Source: Bacillota bacterium
GTDB lineage: Bacteria > Bacillota > Clostridia > Oscillospirales > Acutalibacteraceae
NCBI GenBank assembly: GCA_029008595.1
Contig: JAQXJH010000106.1
Coordinates: 8,957 to 72,956, forward strand
Length of the DNA: 64,000 nt
Direction of reading: 5' to 3'
Both the position numbers and the translations under genes were made by a program. This document shows, in pieces, positions 11,178 through 20,264 of the stretch. The notes below the pieces were generated by a model, which worked only from the letters and a program-made list of their open reading frames with translations, did not search any database and was not told the DNA's origin. How positions within the stretch are numbered: the first letter of the stretch is position 1; the number at the start of each line of letters is the position of its first letter.

Positions 11178-11222
11178 AACAAAAGAAAACAGACCTGCCG
11201 TCATTTCAGCAGGTCTGCCCGA
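11178..11222 (-). terminator. Intrinsic terminator after the beta-propeller-like gene
   Basis: Minus strand GCAGACCTGC...GCAGGTCTG hairpin followed by TTTTCTTTTG. Confidence 0.7.
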
Positions 11223-11248
11223 AAAAATCAGAAAAAAGCTGCAGCGGT

Positions 11249-12202
11249 TCAGCGCGCCATCGGAGAACTGAACGGATAATCGATCACGACGCGTCCTTCC
11301 TGAACGTCGCCCATTCCGCCGTAAAGATCCACTTTGCCGTCCTCACGCATCACAATTCCGGAGGTAAACGTGCAGTCGACCAGCGACGGTACCTTTGCCG
11401 GTCCGTCCGGATAGCAGGAGCGGGTGCCGATGATCCGGTTGTGCGTCACCGCAAAGGTCTTCGGATCAAATTCAAACGCCGTATTCACATAAACCGCCAG
11501 ATCTTCGCCGCCCGGAACCTCCTGCCGGAAGCTCTGGTGGCCGATGATGCCGATATTGCCGTTTTGCAGCAGAACCGGCTGGTTGCATCCGCCCCATTCG
11601 CCTTTGTCAAAGATCCCGTCGATCGGCTCGGCGTTGAAGATCACGTCGTCGGTCAGTTCCTCCAGCGAATCGATCACAGCGAAGCCGATCATGGCCGCGC
11701 TTCCGTACTTTTTCTCGATCTCCTTGTTGCGGGGACGGGAAAAGACACCGATCCGGCCGTCCGCCAGCTCCACCAGACGGCTATCCTTCATTTCGTCCGG
11801 GCCGGTGGTAAAATAGTGCATGTCGTTGATATCGGTGCCGCGGTAAAAATAACCGTAGTAGGTATCGATTTTTCCGCTGCGCTTGCGCACATGGGTGCCG
11901 CCCAGCGTCAGTTCGCCGTGGATCACGCTGACAAACGGATCTTCCAGCTGATAGATCATGTGGTCGGGCACAAGGGTGTAGTCGTCCTTGCCGGTCTTTT
12001 CAAACAGACGTACCCAGGAACGCGCCCATTCTCCGCGCTTTTCCACACGTCCGTACATATACTCCCGGCCCTGCCACACAAACGGGATGGAGCAGTTGTA
12101 AACATCAAATCCATCCACTCCGTGAAACGTCAGAACGACGCTTTCGTAAACTTTTTGTGCTTTTTGAGATTCAAAAAGCGCTTTCTGTTCCTGAATCGAC
12201 AT
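11249..12202 (-). CDS. Uncharacterized soluble protein, possibly DUF1861 / glycoside-hydrolase-like beta-propeller
   Basis: 317 aa with no signal peptide and GAAAGGA RBS. The family assignment is from memory only. It sits inside a sugar ABC locus. Confidence 0.45.
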   Translation of the reverse strand: MSIQEQKALFESQKAQKVYESVVLTFHGVDGFDVYNCSIPFVWQGREYMYGRVEKRGEWARSWVRLFEKTGKDDYTLVPDHMIYQLEDPFVSVIHGELTLGGTHVRKRSGKIDTYYGYFYRGTDINDMHYFTTGPDEMKDSRLVELADGRIGVFSRPRNKEIEKKYGSAAMIGFAVIDSLEELTDDVIFNAEPIDGIFDKGEWGGCNQPVLLQNGNIGIIGHQSFRQEVPGGEDLAVYVNTAFEFDPKTFAVTHNRIIGTRSCYPDGPAKVPSLVDCTFTSGIVMREDGKVDLYGGMGDVQEGRVVIDYPFSSPMAR

Positions 12203-12275
12203 GGTTCAACATCCTTTCGTTTCAGCGCGGCCGACGATTCCGCCGCCTGTTCTGGTCGCTGCAGACCCCTGACAG

Positions 12276-12311
12276 AAAAATCTTTGGGGAATGGTTTCCC
12301 CAAAGATTTTT
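12276..12311 (-). terminator. Perfect hairpin after the SBP gene (intra-operon attenuator/terminator)
   Basis: AAAATCTTTGGGGAA tgg TTTCCCCAAAGATTTT. Confidence 0.65.
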
Positions 12312-12348
12312 CGACTCAAAAGCCTTTGTTCAGTTGATGAAGTACTGA

Positions 12349-13878
12349 TTATTTCTTGCTTTCTTCAAACTGTGCCTTGAACTCGGCGACAATTTCATCG
12401 ATGCCGGCGGTTTTCAGCAGGTTCAGAGCATTTTCGATGTTGGAATCATAGTCCACGGCACCGCAGGCCATCGGAGCAATGACCGCGGAGATCTGGGTGT
12501 TGACGTCGGCAACCTGCGTCTGCACGGAGGAAGCGTCAAACGTCATCAGAGCGGCGATGCCGTCCACAGCGGTCTTGTCGGTGGTGTAAAGATGCTCGTT
12601 GGTCGGGGTCGGTGCATTGGCATTGAGATATTCAAAGGAGATATTGCCGGCCAGCCAGGTAGCGACATTATACTTCGGAACGCCGGTCTCGTCAACAATG
12701 GCTTCGTAATCGGTATCGCTGAGCTTGTTGTAGTCGGTTCCTTCTTCGCCATAGATAAACAGGTCGAAGTTTTCCTGAGAGGCATACAGCCAGTTGATGA
12801 ATTTGACGGAAGCTTCCGGATTTTTGCTGGAAGCCGGAACCGCCTGCATGTTGCGGGTTCCGTAGGGGCGGATCTCCGGCGTTTCGGTATCAAAATCGAC
12901 CCAGGCAAAGTCGTCGACCGTCACATCCGGATAGTTGGCCTTGAGGGAAGAGATATCGCCGATGGTGCCGGCATGAACCAGCCAGTCGCCCGTATTGAGC
13001 TGATTGTTCATCTGATCGCTCGTTACGGTCAGAACGTCCGGATTGATGAGACCCTTCAGATACCAGTCGCGAGCGTTCTGGCAGCTCTCTTTAAAGGTAT
13101 CGGTCTCAAAGTAATTCATGATGGTTCCGTCCTGATTGACATAGATCATGTTCTCGTAAAGAACATAGTTGTTGTCGCTGTTGAAGAAGTAGCCGCCCAC
13201 CTGCGAGGTTCCGATCAGCGGCAGATACGGCTTCTGATTGCCGTCCCAGTTGGCCATAACGGTCTGGAACGCAGCCGTCAGCTCATCCCAGGTGGTGGGA
13301 ACGGTATCAACACCGTATTTTTTGAGCAGATCGGTGCGGATCAGGCCCTGATGATCCAGTGCGCTTTCCACCCAGAACGCCGGAATTCCGTACTGTTTTC
13401 CGCCTACCTGGCCGGATTTGATAGCAAGCTCGGGGCAGTTGGCAATGATATTTTCACCGTACTCGGCAAAAATATCGGTCAGATCTGCCAGCGCATTGCG
13501 GGAAGCATAGTTTGCAATGGTAACACGGTCGTTCATGACGGCGAACATGTCAAAATCGTCGCCGGTGGAGAGCATCAGGTTGATCTTCTGATCCCAAACA
13601 TCCCACGCAAAGTATTTGAGTTCCAGCTCAACGCCGATACCGTCGGCTGCCAGCTTCTCATTGACGGCAGCGACGCCGCGGGACACTTCGACCGGTTCGT
13701 TGCCCGGCAGAACATAGGTCAGCTTTGCAGGTTCGGTGCTGCCCGAAGCAGAAGAAGCGCTCTCGTCCTTTGAGGCAGTCGCTGTGGAGGAAGAGTTGCT
13801 GCCGGTGCAGCCGGCAAACAGTGCCGCTGTCAGCACACAGGCCAGAAGCATGGAAAGGAATCTTTTCGTTTTCTTCAT
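12349..13878 (-). CDS. Extracellular solute-binding lipoprotein, large LplA-like sugar SBP (CUT1)
   Basis: Lipobox LFAGCTG and a Ser-rich linker, about 509 aa. AAGGAGA RBS. Confidence 0.85.
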   Translation of the reverse strand: MKKTKRFLSMLLACVLTAALFAGCTGSNSSSTATASKDESASSASGSTEPAKLTYVLPGNEPVEVSRGVAAVNEKLAADGIGVELELKYFAWDVWDQKINLMLSTGDDFDMFAVMNDRVTIANYASRNALADLTDIFAEYGENIIANCPELAIKSGQVGGKQYGIPAFWVESALDHQGLIRTDLLKKYGVDTVPTTWDELTAAFQTVMANWDGNQKPYLPLIGTSQVGGYFFNSDNNYVLYENMIYVNQDGTIMNYFETDTFKESCQNARDWYLKGLINPDVLTVTSDQMNNQLNTGDWLVHAGTIGDISSLKANYPDVTVDDFAWVDFDTETPEIRPYGTRNMQAVPASSKNPEASVKFINWLYASQENFDLFIYGEEGTDYNKLSDTDYEAIVDETGVPKYNVATWLAGNISFEYLNANAPTPTNEHLYTTDKTAVDGIAALMTFDASSVQTQVADVNTQISAVIAPMACGAVDYDSNIENALNLLKTAGIDEIVAEFKAQFEESKK

Positions 13879-13998
13879 TTCTTACGTCTCCTTTTCAAAT
13901 AAGAATTTGATTTATCCTGCGGTGTGCCCGCGCTGCAGTCAAAACCGCGGGCAGCCGCATCAACCAGTCCGCAATCGGACAGATCTGCAAAAAAACAC

Positions 13999-14874
13999 TC
14001 AGCCTTTCACCGAGCCGACCACAAGGCCCTTGACATAATATTTCTGCAGGAAAGGATACAGCAGAATGATCGGGCCGACCGTAATGATCGCGGTCGCCAT
14101 TTTCAGCGATTCGGTCGGCGGCGTTGCCGAGGTAGTTCCGCTGAGATACTGCAGATCCTTCAGCATACTGATCTGCGATTTGAGCTGCAGCAGCAGGTAC
14201 TGGATCGGATAAAGCGATTTTTCGTCCACCAGCATGATCGCGTTCCACCAATCATTCCAATAGGCGAGGCCGTAAAACAATCCGACCGTGGCAAGCGCCG
14301 GAACCGTAAGAGGAAAATAGATCCGGAATGCGATCACGGCGTCGTTTGCTCCGTCGATCGTAGCCGATTCACGCAGGGAATCGGGCAGCGCGCTCATAAA
14401 GTTGCGCACCAGGAACAGATTGAAAGTGTTGAACATCAGGTTCGGAACCAGCAGCGCAAGAATATTGTCGCGCAGGCCCAGCCCGGTGCAGATCAGATAC
14501 CACGGCACAAGGCCGGAACCGAACACCATCGGAATAAAGAAATACATACCGAGGGCACCGCGGTAACGCACATTTTTGTTGGCCAGCGTATAGGCAGCCA
14601 GCCCGGTGATCAGCACCGCCAGCAGCGTTCCGACGACCGTGACAAAGATCGAAACCAGATATCCCTTGATAACGCTGGAGCCGCCGCGGAAGATCAGCCG
14701 GTACGCATAGGTGGAAAACTTCTGCGGGAAAAAGCTGTAGCCGTTGCGGAGGATCGCCGCCTCATCCGTAAAGGAAACAACGAGCGTCAGGATCATCGGC
14801 AGCAGGCACATCAGCGCAAAAAGCAGAATAAAAAGACCGATCAGCATATTGGCAACGGAAAATTTCTTGTTCAT
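13999..14874 (-). CDS. Carbohydrate ABC transporter permease (LplC/BPD type)
   Basis: Six TM segments with an EAA loop (ESATIDGANDAVIAFRIYFPL). Start at MNKKFSV (14874) behind GGGAGG. The upstream part of the track ORF overlaps the neighbouring gene. Confidence 0.85.
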   Translation of the reverse strand: MNKKFSVANMLIGLFILLFALMCLLPMILTLVVSFTDEAAILRNGYSFFPQKFSTYAYRLIFRGGSSVIKGYLVSIFVTVVGTLLAVLITGLAAYTLANKNVRYRGALGMYFFIPMVFGSGLVPWYLICTGLGLRDNILALLVPNLMFNTFNLFLVRNFMSALPDSLRESATIDGANDAVIAFRIYFPLTVPALATVGLFYGLAYWNDWWNAIMLVDEKSLYPIQYLLLQLKSQISMLKDLQYLSGTTSATPPTESLKMATAIITVGPIILLYPFLQKYYVKGLVVGSVKG

Positions 14875-14893
14875 CTTCTGCCTCCCGCCTTTC

Positions 14894-15856
14894 TCAATAC
14901 AATGCGCCGTCGGGATAAAAACGGCGTGCCAGCCAGTTGGAACCGTACACCATAATAAACCCGATGACCGACTGGAACAGTCCGATCGCTGTGGACTGCG
15001 ACATATCTCCGACCTGCCGCAGAGCGCGGAAAACGTAAGTATCGATAATATCCGTCGTGGAATAGAGCGTGCCGTTATCGCCCACCAGCGCATAGATCAT
15101 ACCGAAATCGCCGTACATGATCTTTCCGAGGGAAAGCAGCGTCATAATGATGACCGTCGGCATGATCAGCGGCAGGGTAATGCGGAAGATCCTCTGGAAG
15201 CGGTTTGCGCCGTCGATGGCGGCCGCCTCATAAAGCGAAGTGTCGATACCCGTGATGGAGGCCAGGAAGATGATCGCATTCATGCCTGCGCCTTTCCATA
15301 TTCTCATGACCACAAGGATCGCCGGCCACACGCTTGCATTGGTGTACCAGTTGACGCCTTCCAGCCCGAGGGAGCGCAGCAGCTGATTCACAATGCCGTA
15401 TTCCGTGGAGAACAGGCTGAGCAGAATGTAGCTGACCATGACCCAAGAAATATAGTTCGGAAAAAGCATAACGGACTGCGTCGTTTTGACGAACCATTTG
15501 CAGCGCAGCTCGTTGAGCAGCAGCGCCAGAAGCACCGACATGACCGTGCCGGTAAGAATAAACAGGATGTTCAGGTACAGCGTGTTGAACGTTACCCGGA
15601 ACGCATTCTGTGAATTGAAAAAGAATTCAAAATTCTTGAACCCTACCCAATCGCCTTGAAACAGAATCCCGAAAATGCTGCTGTTTTTGTAATTGTAGCG
15701 CTGAAACGCCAACGCCATGTACGGATAAGAAAGATAGCTGAAAACGAACACATACAGGATGGCCGGCAGCGCAATCAAATAAGAAAACTTGTTGCGCGCC
15801 ACATCACGAAAAAAGCCGCCCTTTTTCTTTCTCTCCGCATTGAGAGCTTTCGCCAT
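14894..15856 (-). CDS. Carbohydrate ABC transporter permease (LplB type)
   Basis: EAA loop YEAAAIDGANRFQRIFRITLP. Start chosen at MAKALNAERKKK (15856), 9 nt after GAAAGGGG. Confidence 0.8.
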   Translation of the reverse strand: MAKALNAERKKKGGFFRDVARNKFSYLIALPAILYVFVFSYLSYPYMALAFQRYNYKNSSIFGILFQGDWVGFKNFEFFFNSQNAFRVTFNTLYLNILFILTGTVMSVLLALLLNELRCKWFVKTTQSVMLFPNYISWVMVSYILLSLFSTEYGIVNQLLRSLGLEGVNWYTNASVWPAILVVMRIWKGAGMNAIIFLASITGIDTSLYEAAAIDGANRFQRIFRITLPLIMPTVIIMTLLSLGKIMYGDFGMIYALVGDNGTLYSTTDIIDTYVFRALRQVGDMSQSTAIGLFQSVIGFIMVYGSNWLARRFYPDGALY

Positions 15857-16180
15857 GCCATTTTTCCCCTTTCGCATCTTTTTTTGCATCCGGAACTGCT
15901 TTTGGAACACCGTCCGCCGTCTTGGATTGTAATATGATTATAAATCTGATTTTCTGCTCTGAAAATGCGGCAGAAGTTTCAAAATGCTTTGAAAAATTGC
16001 AAAACCGGGCTTCAAATATTTGAACTGTCCTTTAAAAATCCGAAAAAAAGCTTGTTATCCGGATCGTTTCTTTGCTCTGATAAATTACAAAAGGGCACCG
16101 CCGCACCGGATCGCTCCGGATACGGCAGTACCCTTTTCCCTTCCTGGCGGCGGCACACCTGTTCCGATGCCGCCGGTCGA

Positions 16181-16720
16181 TCAGTTTTTCTCAAACACTG
16201 CCGGGCTGCAGTTCGGCAGAAAACGCGCCGCTTCTTCCGGTGTTTTCGGTTCTCCGTCAAAATACCGCTGAACGGCAATGCTGACGCCGCCGTGCGCCAC
16301 CATCAGCACCGTCTGCCGCGGAAACCGCGCAGAAAGCTCATCCAGCAGGGAAAAGACCCTGCCGCAGAAGCGATCCAGCGGTTCGATCCCGTCGGCGCTT
16401 CCGTCAAAGCCCGGCAGCCACCATTCCGCAAAAAGCGCCCGGTCAAAAACGGCGCCTTCAAAGCGGCCGAAATGGCGTTCGGCGATCCTTTCATCCGATT
16501 CTGCAGCGATGTTCCGTCCGGCGCAGATCCTTTCGGCTGTCTGCCGCGCGCGAACCAGCGGCGACGTCACCGCAAAATCCAGCGGCACGGCGGCAAGTTC
16601 CCTGCGCAGCGTTTCCGCCTGTTCCATCCCTGCCCGGTTGAGCGGAATATCCGTGCTGCCCTGCAGCAGCCGCTTTGCATTCCATTCTGTCTGTCCGTGC
16701 CGGACAAAAATCAGTTTCAT
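16181..16720 (-). CDS. Histidine phosphatase family protein (phosphoglycerate mutase-like)
   Basis: MKLIFVRHGQTEWN catalytic RHG motif. Confidence 0.85.
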   Translation of the reverse strand: MKLIFVRHGQTEWNAKRLLQGSTDIPLNRAGMEQAETLRRELAAVPLDFAVTSPLVRARQTAERICAGRNIAAESDERIAERHFGRFEGAVFDRALFAEWWLPGFDGSADGIEPLDRFCGRVFSLLDELSARFPRQTVLMVAHGGVSIAVQRYFDGEPKTPEEAARFLPNCSPAVFEKN

Positions 16721-16977
16721 TGATATCCTCTCCGGTTCCATCATGTTTCTCGTGCTGTAATTGCTTTTTTACCGCTCGCCGGTCCGTTCTGTACGCTGCG
16801 GCCGGTATTCGATATTCTGATTATACCACGCGGCGCGGCCTGTATCAATTCATAAACTGCAGGCGCCGGACCGCTGCGCAGAGTCCGGCGGCGGCAGACG
16901 GCGCTTCTGCAGTTCTTTTCCGCTTTTTTCGCGCATACGATTACAATGCTGCAGAGCAAAGGCGGATCGCGGGGGGA

Positions 16978-18084
16978 ATGCGGATGGTTCACGCAAAAAA
17001 ACGGCCGGTCATCGGAAAAAAGCAGTTCATGGCTGCGGCCTGCTGCGTTTTGTTGTGCGGGTGCATTGCGTTTGCCGTTCCGATCGGTTCGGCGGACTGG
17101 AGCCGGACGACCGTTCAGCCGCAGGCCGTCGATGCGGAAGGCACGATCCGCTGGGTGGATTTTACCGTTTCGTATGAGGCAATGGAGCGCGCCATGAATT
17201 ACGACATTGCATCACACGGCAGCGAGTCGCCGATCGACTGGATCGCGGTTCTGGCATATCTCGGCGCAAAATACGGCGGGGAATTTTCCCGCTACCGCGC
17301 AAAAGATATGGACGCCCTCTGCGATCGGCTGAAAAACGGCGAGACCATCGACGAAATAACGGCCGATATCAAAAAATATTACGATTACTATTACGAAGCC
17401 TATTCGGCGGTGCTGGGCGAATACCTCGGCACCTTTTCCATCCGCACGGAGGACGATTCCGGCAGCCCTGTCTGGCGGGAAAGCTACGGGCTGAAGGTTT
17501 TTTCTCCGATCGCCGAGGGCTTTTATTTTGACCACTATGACGACTTCTGCGCCAGCCGCAGCTACGGCTACAACCGCAAGCACTTCGGCCATGACCTGAT
17601 GTGCTCGCTGGGCACGCCGATCGTCGCGGTGGAGTCCGGCGTTGTGGAAGAGCTGGGCTGGAATCAGTACGGCGGGTGGCGCATCGGGATCCGCAGCTTT
17701 GACAAAAAGCGCTACTACTATTACGCCCATATGCGCCGCAACCGGCCGTATCATCCGAATATCCAGCTCGGCGCAGTCGTCAAGGCGGGCGATGTGATCG
17801 GTTATGTCGGGCGCACCGGCTACAGCACGGAGGAAAACACCAACAATATCACATCCACTCACCTGCACTGGGGCGTTGAGCTGATCTTTGACGAATCGCA
17901 GAAGGACGCCCCGACTCAGATCTGGATCGATCTTTACGAGATCACAAAGCTGCTGCAGAAACACCGTTCCACCGTCTGGCGCGACGAAGAAAGCAAGGAA
18001 TATTACCGGAAATACGATTACTGGGACGCCGGGCTGGTGCCGCGGCTGCCCGGGGAAAGCGTTTCCTCCGGCAGCAGCTCCTGA
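16978..18084 (+). CDS. M23 family metallopeptidase, membrane anchored
   Basis: N-terminal TM, HxxxD motif (HFGHDL) and HLHWGV motif. The start was trimmed to MRMVHAKK. Confidence 0.8.
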   Translation: MRMVHAKKRPVIGKKQFMAAACCVLLCGCIAFAVPIGSADWSRTTVQPQAVDAEGTIRWVDFTVSYEAMERAMNYDIASHGSESPIDWIAVLAYLGAKYGGEFSRYRAKDMDALCDRLKNGETIDEITADIKKYYDYYYEAYSAVLGEYLGTFSIRTEDDSGSPVWRESYGLKVFSPIAEGFYFDHYDDFCASRSYGYNRKHFGHDLMCSLGTPIVAVESGVVEELGWNQYGGWRIGIRSFDKKRYYYYAHMRRNRPYHPNIQLGAVVKAGDVIGYVGRTGYSTEENTNNITSTHLHWGVELIFDESQKDAPTQIWIDLYEITKLLQKHRSTVWRDEESKEYYRKYDYWDAGLVPRLPGESVSSGSSS

Positions 18085-18145
18085 CCGGGCACGGGATTCC
18101 CGGGCGCGTGTCTTTTTTCAAATTTATCGGAGAGGAAGCAGGCTC

Positions 18146-19087
18146 ATGCGTCATTGTCAGACCGGAAAAACGGAAAAGCATTTCTTTTTTCGCGCCTTTC
18201 ATCCGGGAAAAGGCGCCTCGGCGGCACTCTGTTTTGCGGCAGCGGCCGTTCTGGTCGCACTGACCGCGGTCTTTTCGCTGCCCCGGCAAACGATCGGCGC
18301 CGCCGCAAACGCCGCCTCTGCAGAAGAGGAAGGCGTCCGGGTTCCGGTACTGATGTATCACAGCCTGCTCAAGGACAGTTCCCGCGCCGGCAAATATGTG
18401 ATCCCGCCCTCATTGTTCGCCTCCGACCTTGCATGGCTGAAGGCGCATGGCTACGAAACCGTTCTGATGCAGAATCTGATCGATTATGTCGACAAAGGAA
18501 CGCCGCTCCCGGAAAAGCCCGTCGTCATCACCTTTGACGACGGCTACTACAATAATTATCTTTACGGATTCCCGATCCTGCAGGAACAGAATATGAAAGC
18601 CGTCATTTCCATCATCGGGCTTTACACCGACAAGTTTTCCGCCGTGGACGAAAACAACGCCTATTATTCCCACTGCACCTGGCCGCAGATCAACGAAATG
18701 CTGCAGTCCGGCCTGGTGGAAATTCAGAACCACACCTATAATCTGCACACCTACAGCAGCGGGCGTCACGGCTGCGCCAAAAAAGCCGGAGAGCCGCTTG
18801 CGTCTTACCGCAGCATGCTGTGCGAGGATCTTCTGAATCTGCAGAACCGGATCACCGAAATGACCGGCACCTCCCCCACCACCTTTACCTACCCGTTCGG
18901 CAGCTTCAGCAGCGAAACAAGGCAGATCGTCCGCGAACTTGGGTTCCGCGCAACGCTTTCCTGCGAAAGCGGCATCTCTCTGGTCACCCGCGACCCGGAG
19001 AGCCTTTACCTGCTCAAGCGCTTTCTGCGCCCGGCTGGCAAAAATTCGGAGCAATATTTTGCCTCTGTTTTTCCGTCAGAAAATTGA
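18146..19087 (+). CDS. Polysaccharide deacetylase family protein (NodB domain), membrane anchored
   Basis: GGAGAGGAAG RBS, N-terminal TM, VLMYH...ITFDDGY motif. Confidence 0.85.
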   Translation: MRHCQTGKTEKHFFFRAFHPGKGASAALCFAAAAVLVALTAVFSLPRQTIGAAANAASAEEEGVRVPVLMYHSLLKDSSRAGKYVIPPSLFASDLAWLKAHGYETVLMQNLIDYVDKGTPLPEKPVVITFDDGYYNNYLYGFPILQEQNMKAVISIIGLYTDKFSAVDENNAYYSHCTWPQINEMLQSGLVEIQNHTYNLHTYSSGRHGCAKKAGEPLASYRSMLCEDLLNLQNRITEMTGTSPTTFTYPFGSFSSETRQIVRELGFRATLSCESGISLVTRDPESLYLLKRFLRPAGKNSEQYFASVFPSEN

Positions 19088-19167
19088 CTTTCTGCGCCCG
19101 GTGTGTTACGCTCTGTAACACCGGGTGTGTTTTTTGCCCGGCAAAGCAAAACGAGAGGGCTTTTTGG

Positions 19168-20205
19168 ATGATACAAACGACAAAAGAACGCATACTTCAG
19201 TTCTGGAGCTGGTTTTGCACCGTGCGCCCGGAGCTGGAACAGGCAATCTCCGGCGGAAAATACGACCTGGCGGCTGCTTTCTGCGGCAGCAAGCTCAAGG
19301 GGCTTGGCCTGCCGTTTCTCTGCGAAGCGGGCGGCTCCGGCGGAAGCTTTGCGCTGGCCATGTGCCCCTGCGGCAGCAAAACCGAACAGTTCGTCTGCCG
19401 TTACTGGCGGCAGCTGGCGCCGGAATTTGAAAACTGGAAATTTTTTGCCTTCCGCCAGCCGCGTTCCCCGGCGGATTGCCGGACGCTGCGCCTTGGCGGA
19501 ACCGATATTGACGCATCGCTTTTTACATTTTACTGTGAGGCAAACGATGAACGGCAAAAGTACGATATCACCGCCGTTTCCCCGATCTTTGCCGGACGGA
19601 CGGACGCCGAAAAGCACGCCTTCGGCATGATGCTTCTGTATCTTTTTCTGGGCGAAGCGCTGACCGAGATCTACATCGGCGATCTCGTCTGCCGCGACAC
19701 CCCTCCCGCGGATGCGGAAAATGCAATGAATTTTACGGAATTCTGCACCATGCTGCAAAACACCCCCTCCACCCGCGCATGGCCGTGGATCAACGATCCG
19801 ACCGCGCTCTGTTTCGGCTATCACCCCACCACCGGCGCCGAAGACGGGCCGCGCGGCGACATCATCGGCGGGTTCACGCGCCACGTTCCGCTGCTGGGCG
19901 CGCCGTTTGACGAAGCGGACGGTCTGCGTGCATTCGGCGGTGTTTTCTGCTATTTCTATTATCCCGCGCGGCCGGAAAACGCCGCCGAGGTTGCCGAACG
20001 CAGCAGCCTGGCCGCAAAGCTGGAACAGCTGCTCGAAACCTACCGGCTCGGCTATTCGCTCGGCAGCGCCTTCGGCTCGGAATACAATTATCTGGACATG
20101 ATCATTTTTGACGAGCCGGTGTTCCGCGCCGTGTTCCAGGATCCCGAGGCAGTGCTCGGCGTACCGGTGTTTCTGGATTATTTCGGCGGTCACGGAATTC
20201 AGTAA
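19168..20205 (+). CDS. Hypothetical cytoplasmic protein, no family recognised
   Basis: 345-aa ORF from ATG 19168. GAGAGGG lies 8 nt upstream of the ATG. Confidence 0.6.
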   Translation: MIQTTKERILQFWSWFCTVRPELEQAISGGKYDLAAAFCGSKLKGLGLPFLCEAGGSGGSFALAMCPCGSKTEQFVCRYWRQLAPEFENWKFFAFRQPRSPADCRTLRLGGTDIDASLFTFYCEANDERQKYDITAVSPIFAGRTDAEKHAFGMMLLYLFLGEALTEIYIGDLVCRDTPPADAENAMNFTEFCTMLQNTPSTRAWPWINDPTALCFGYHPTTGAEDGPRGDIIGGFTRHVPLLGAPFDEADGLRAFGGVFCYFYYPARPENAAEVAERSSLAAKLEQLLETYRLGYSLGSAFGSEYNYLDMIIFDEPVFRAVFQDPEAVLGVPVFLDYFGGHGIQ

Positions 20206-20264
20206 ATAATTCAGTCCGAAACGGGCAAAATAGCCGCATCACGCAGCAAAGGCGGAATGCGGCT

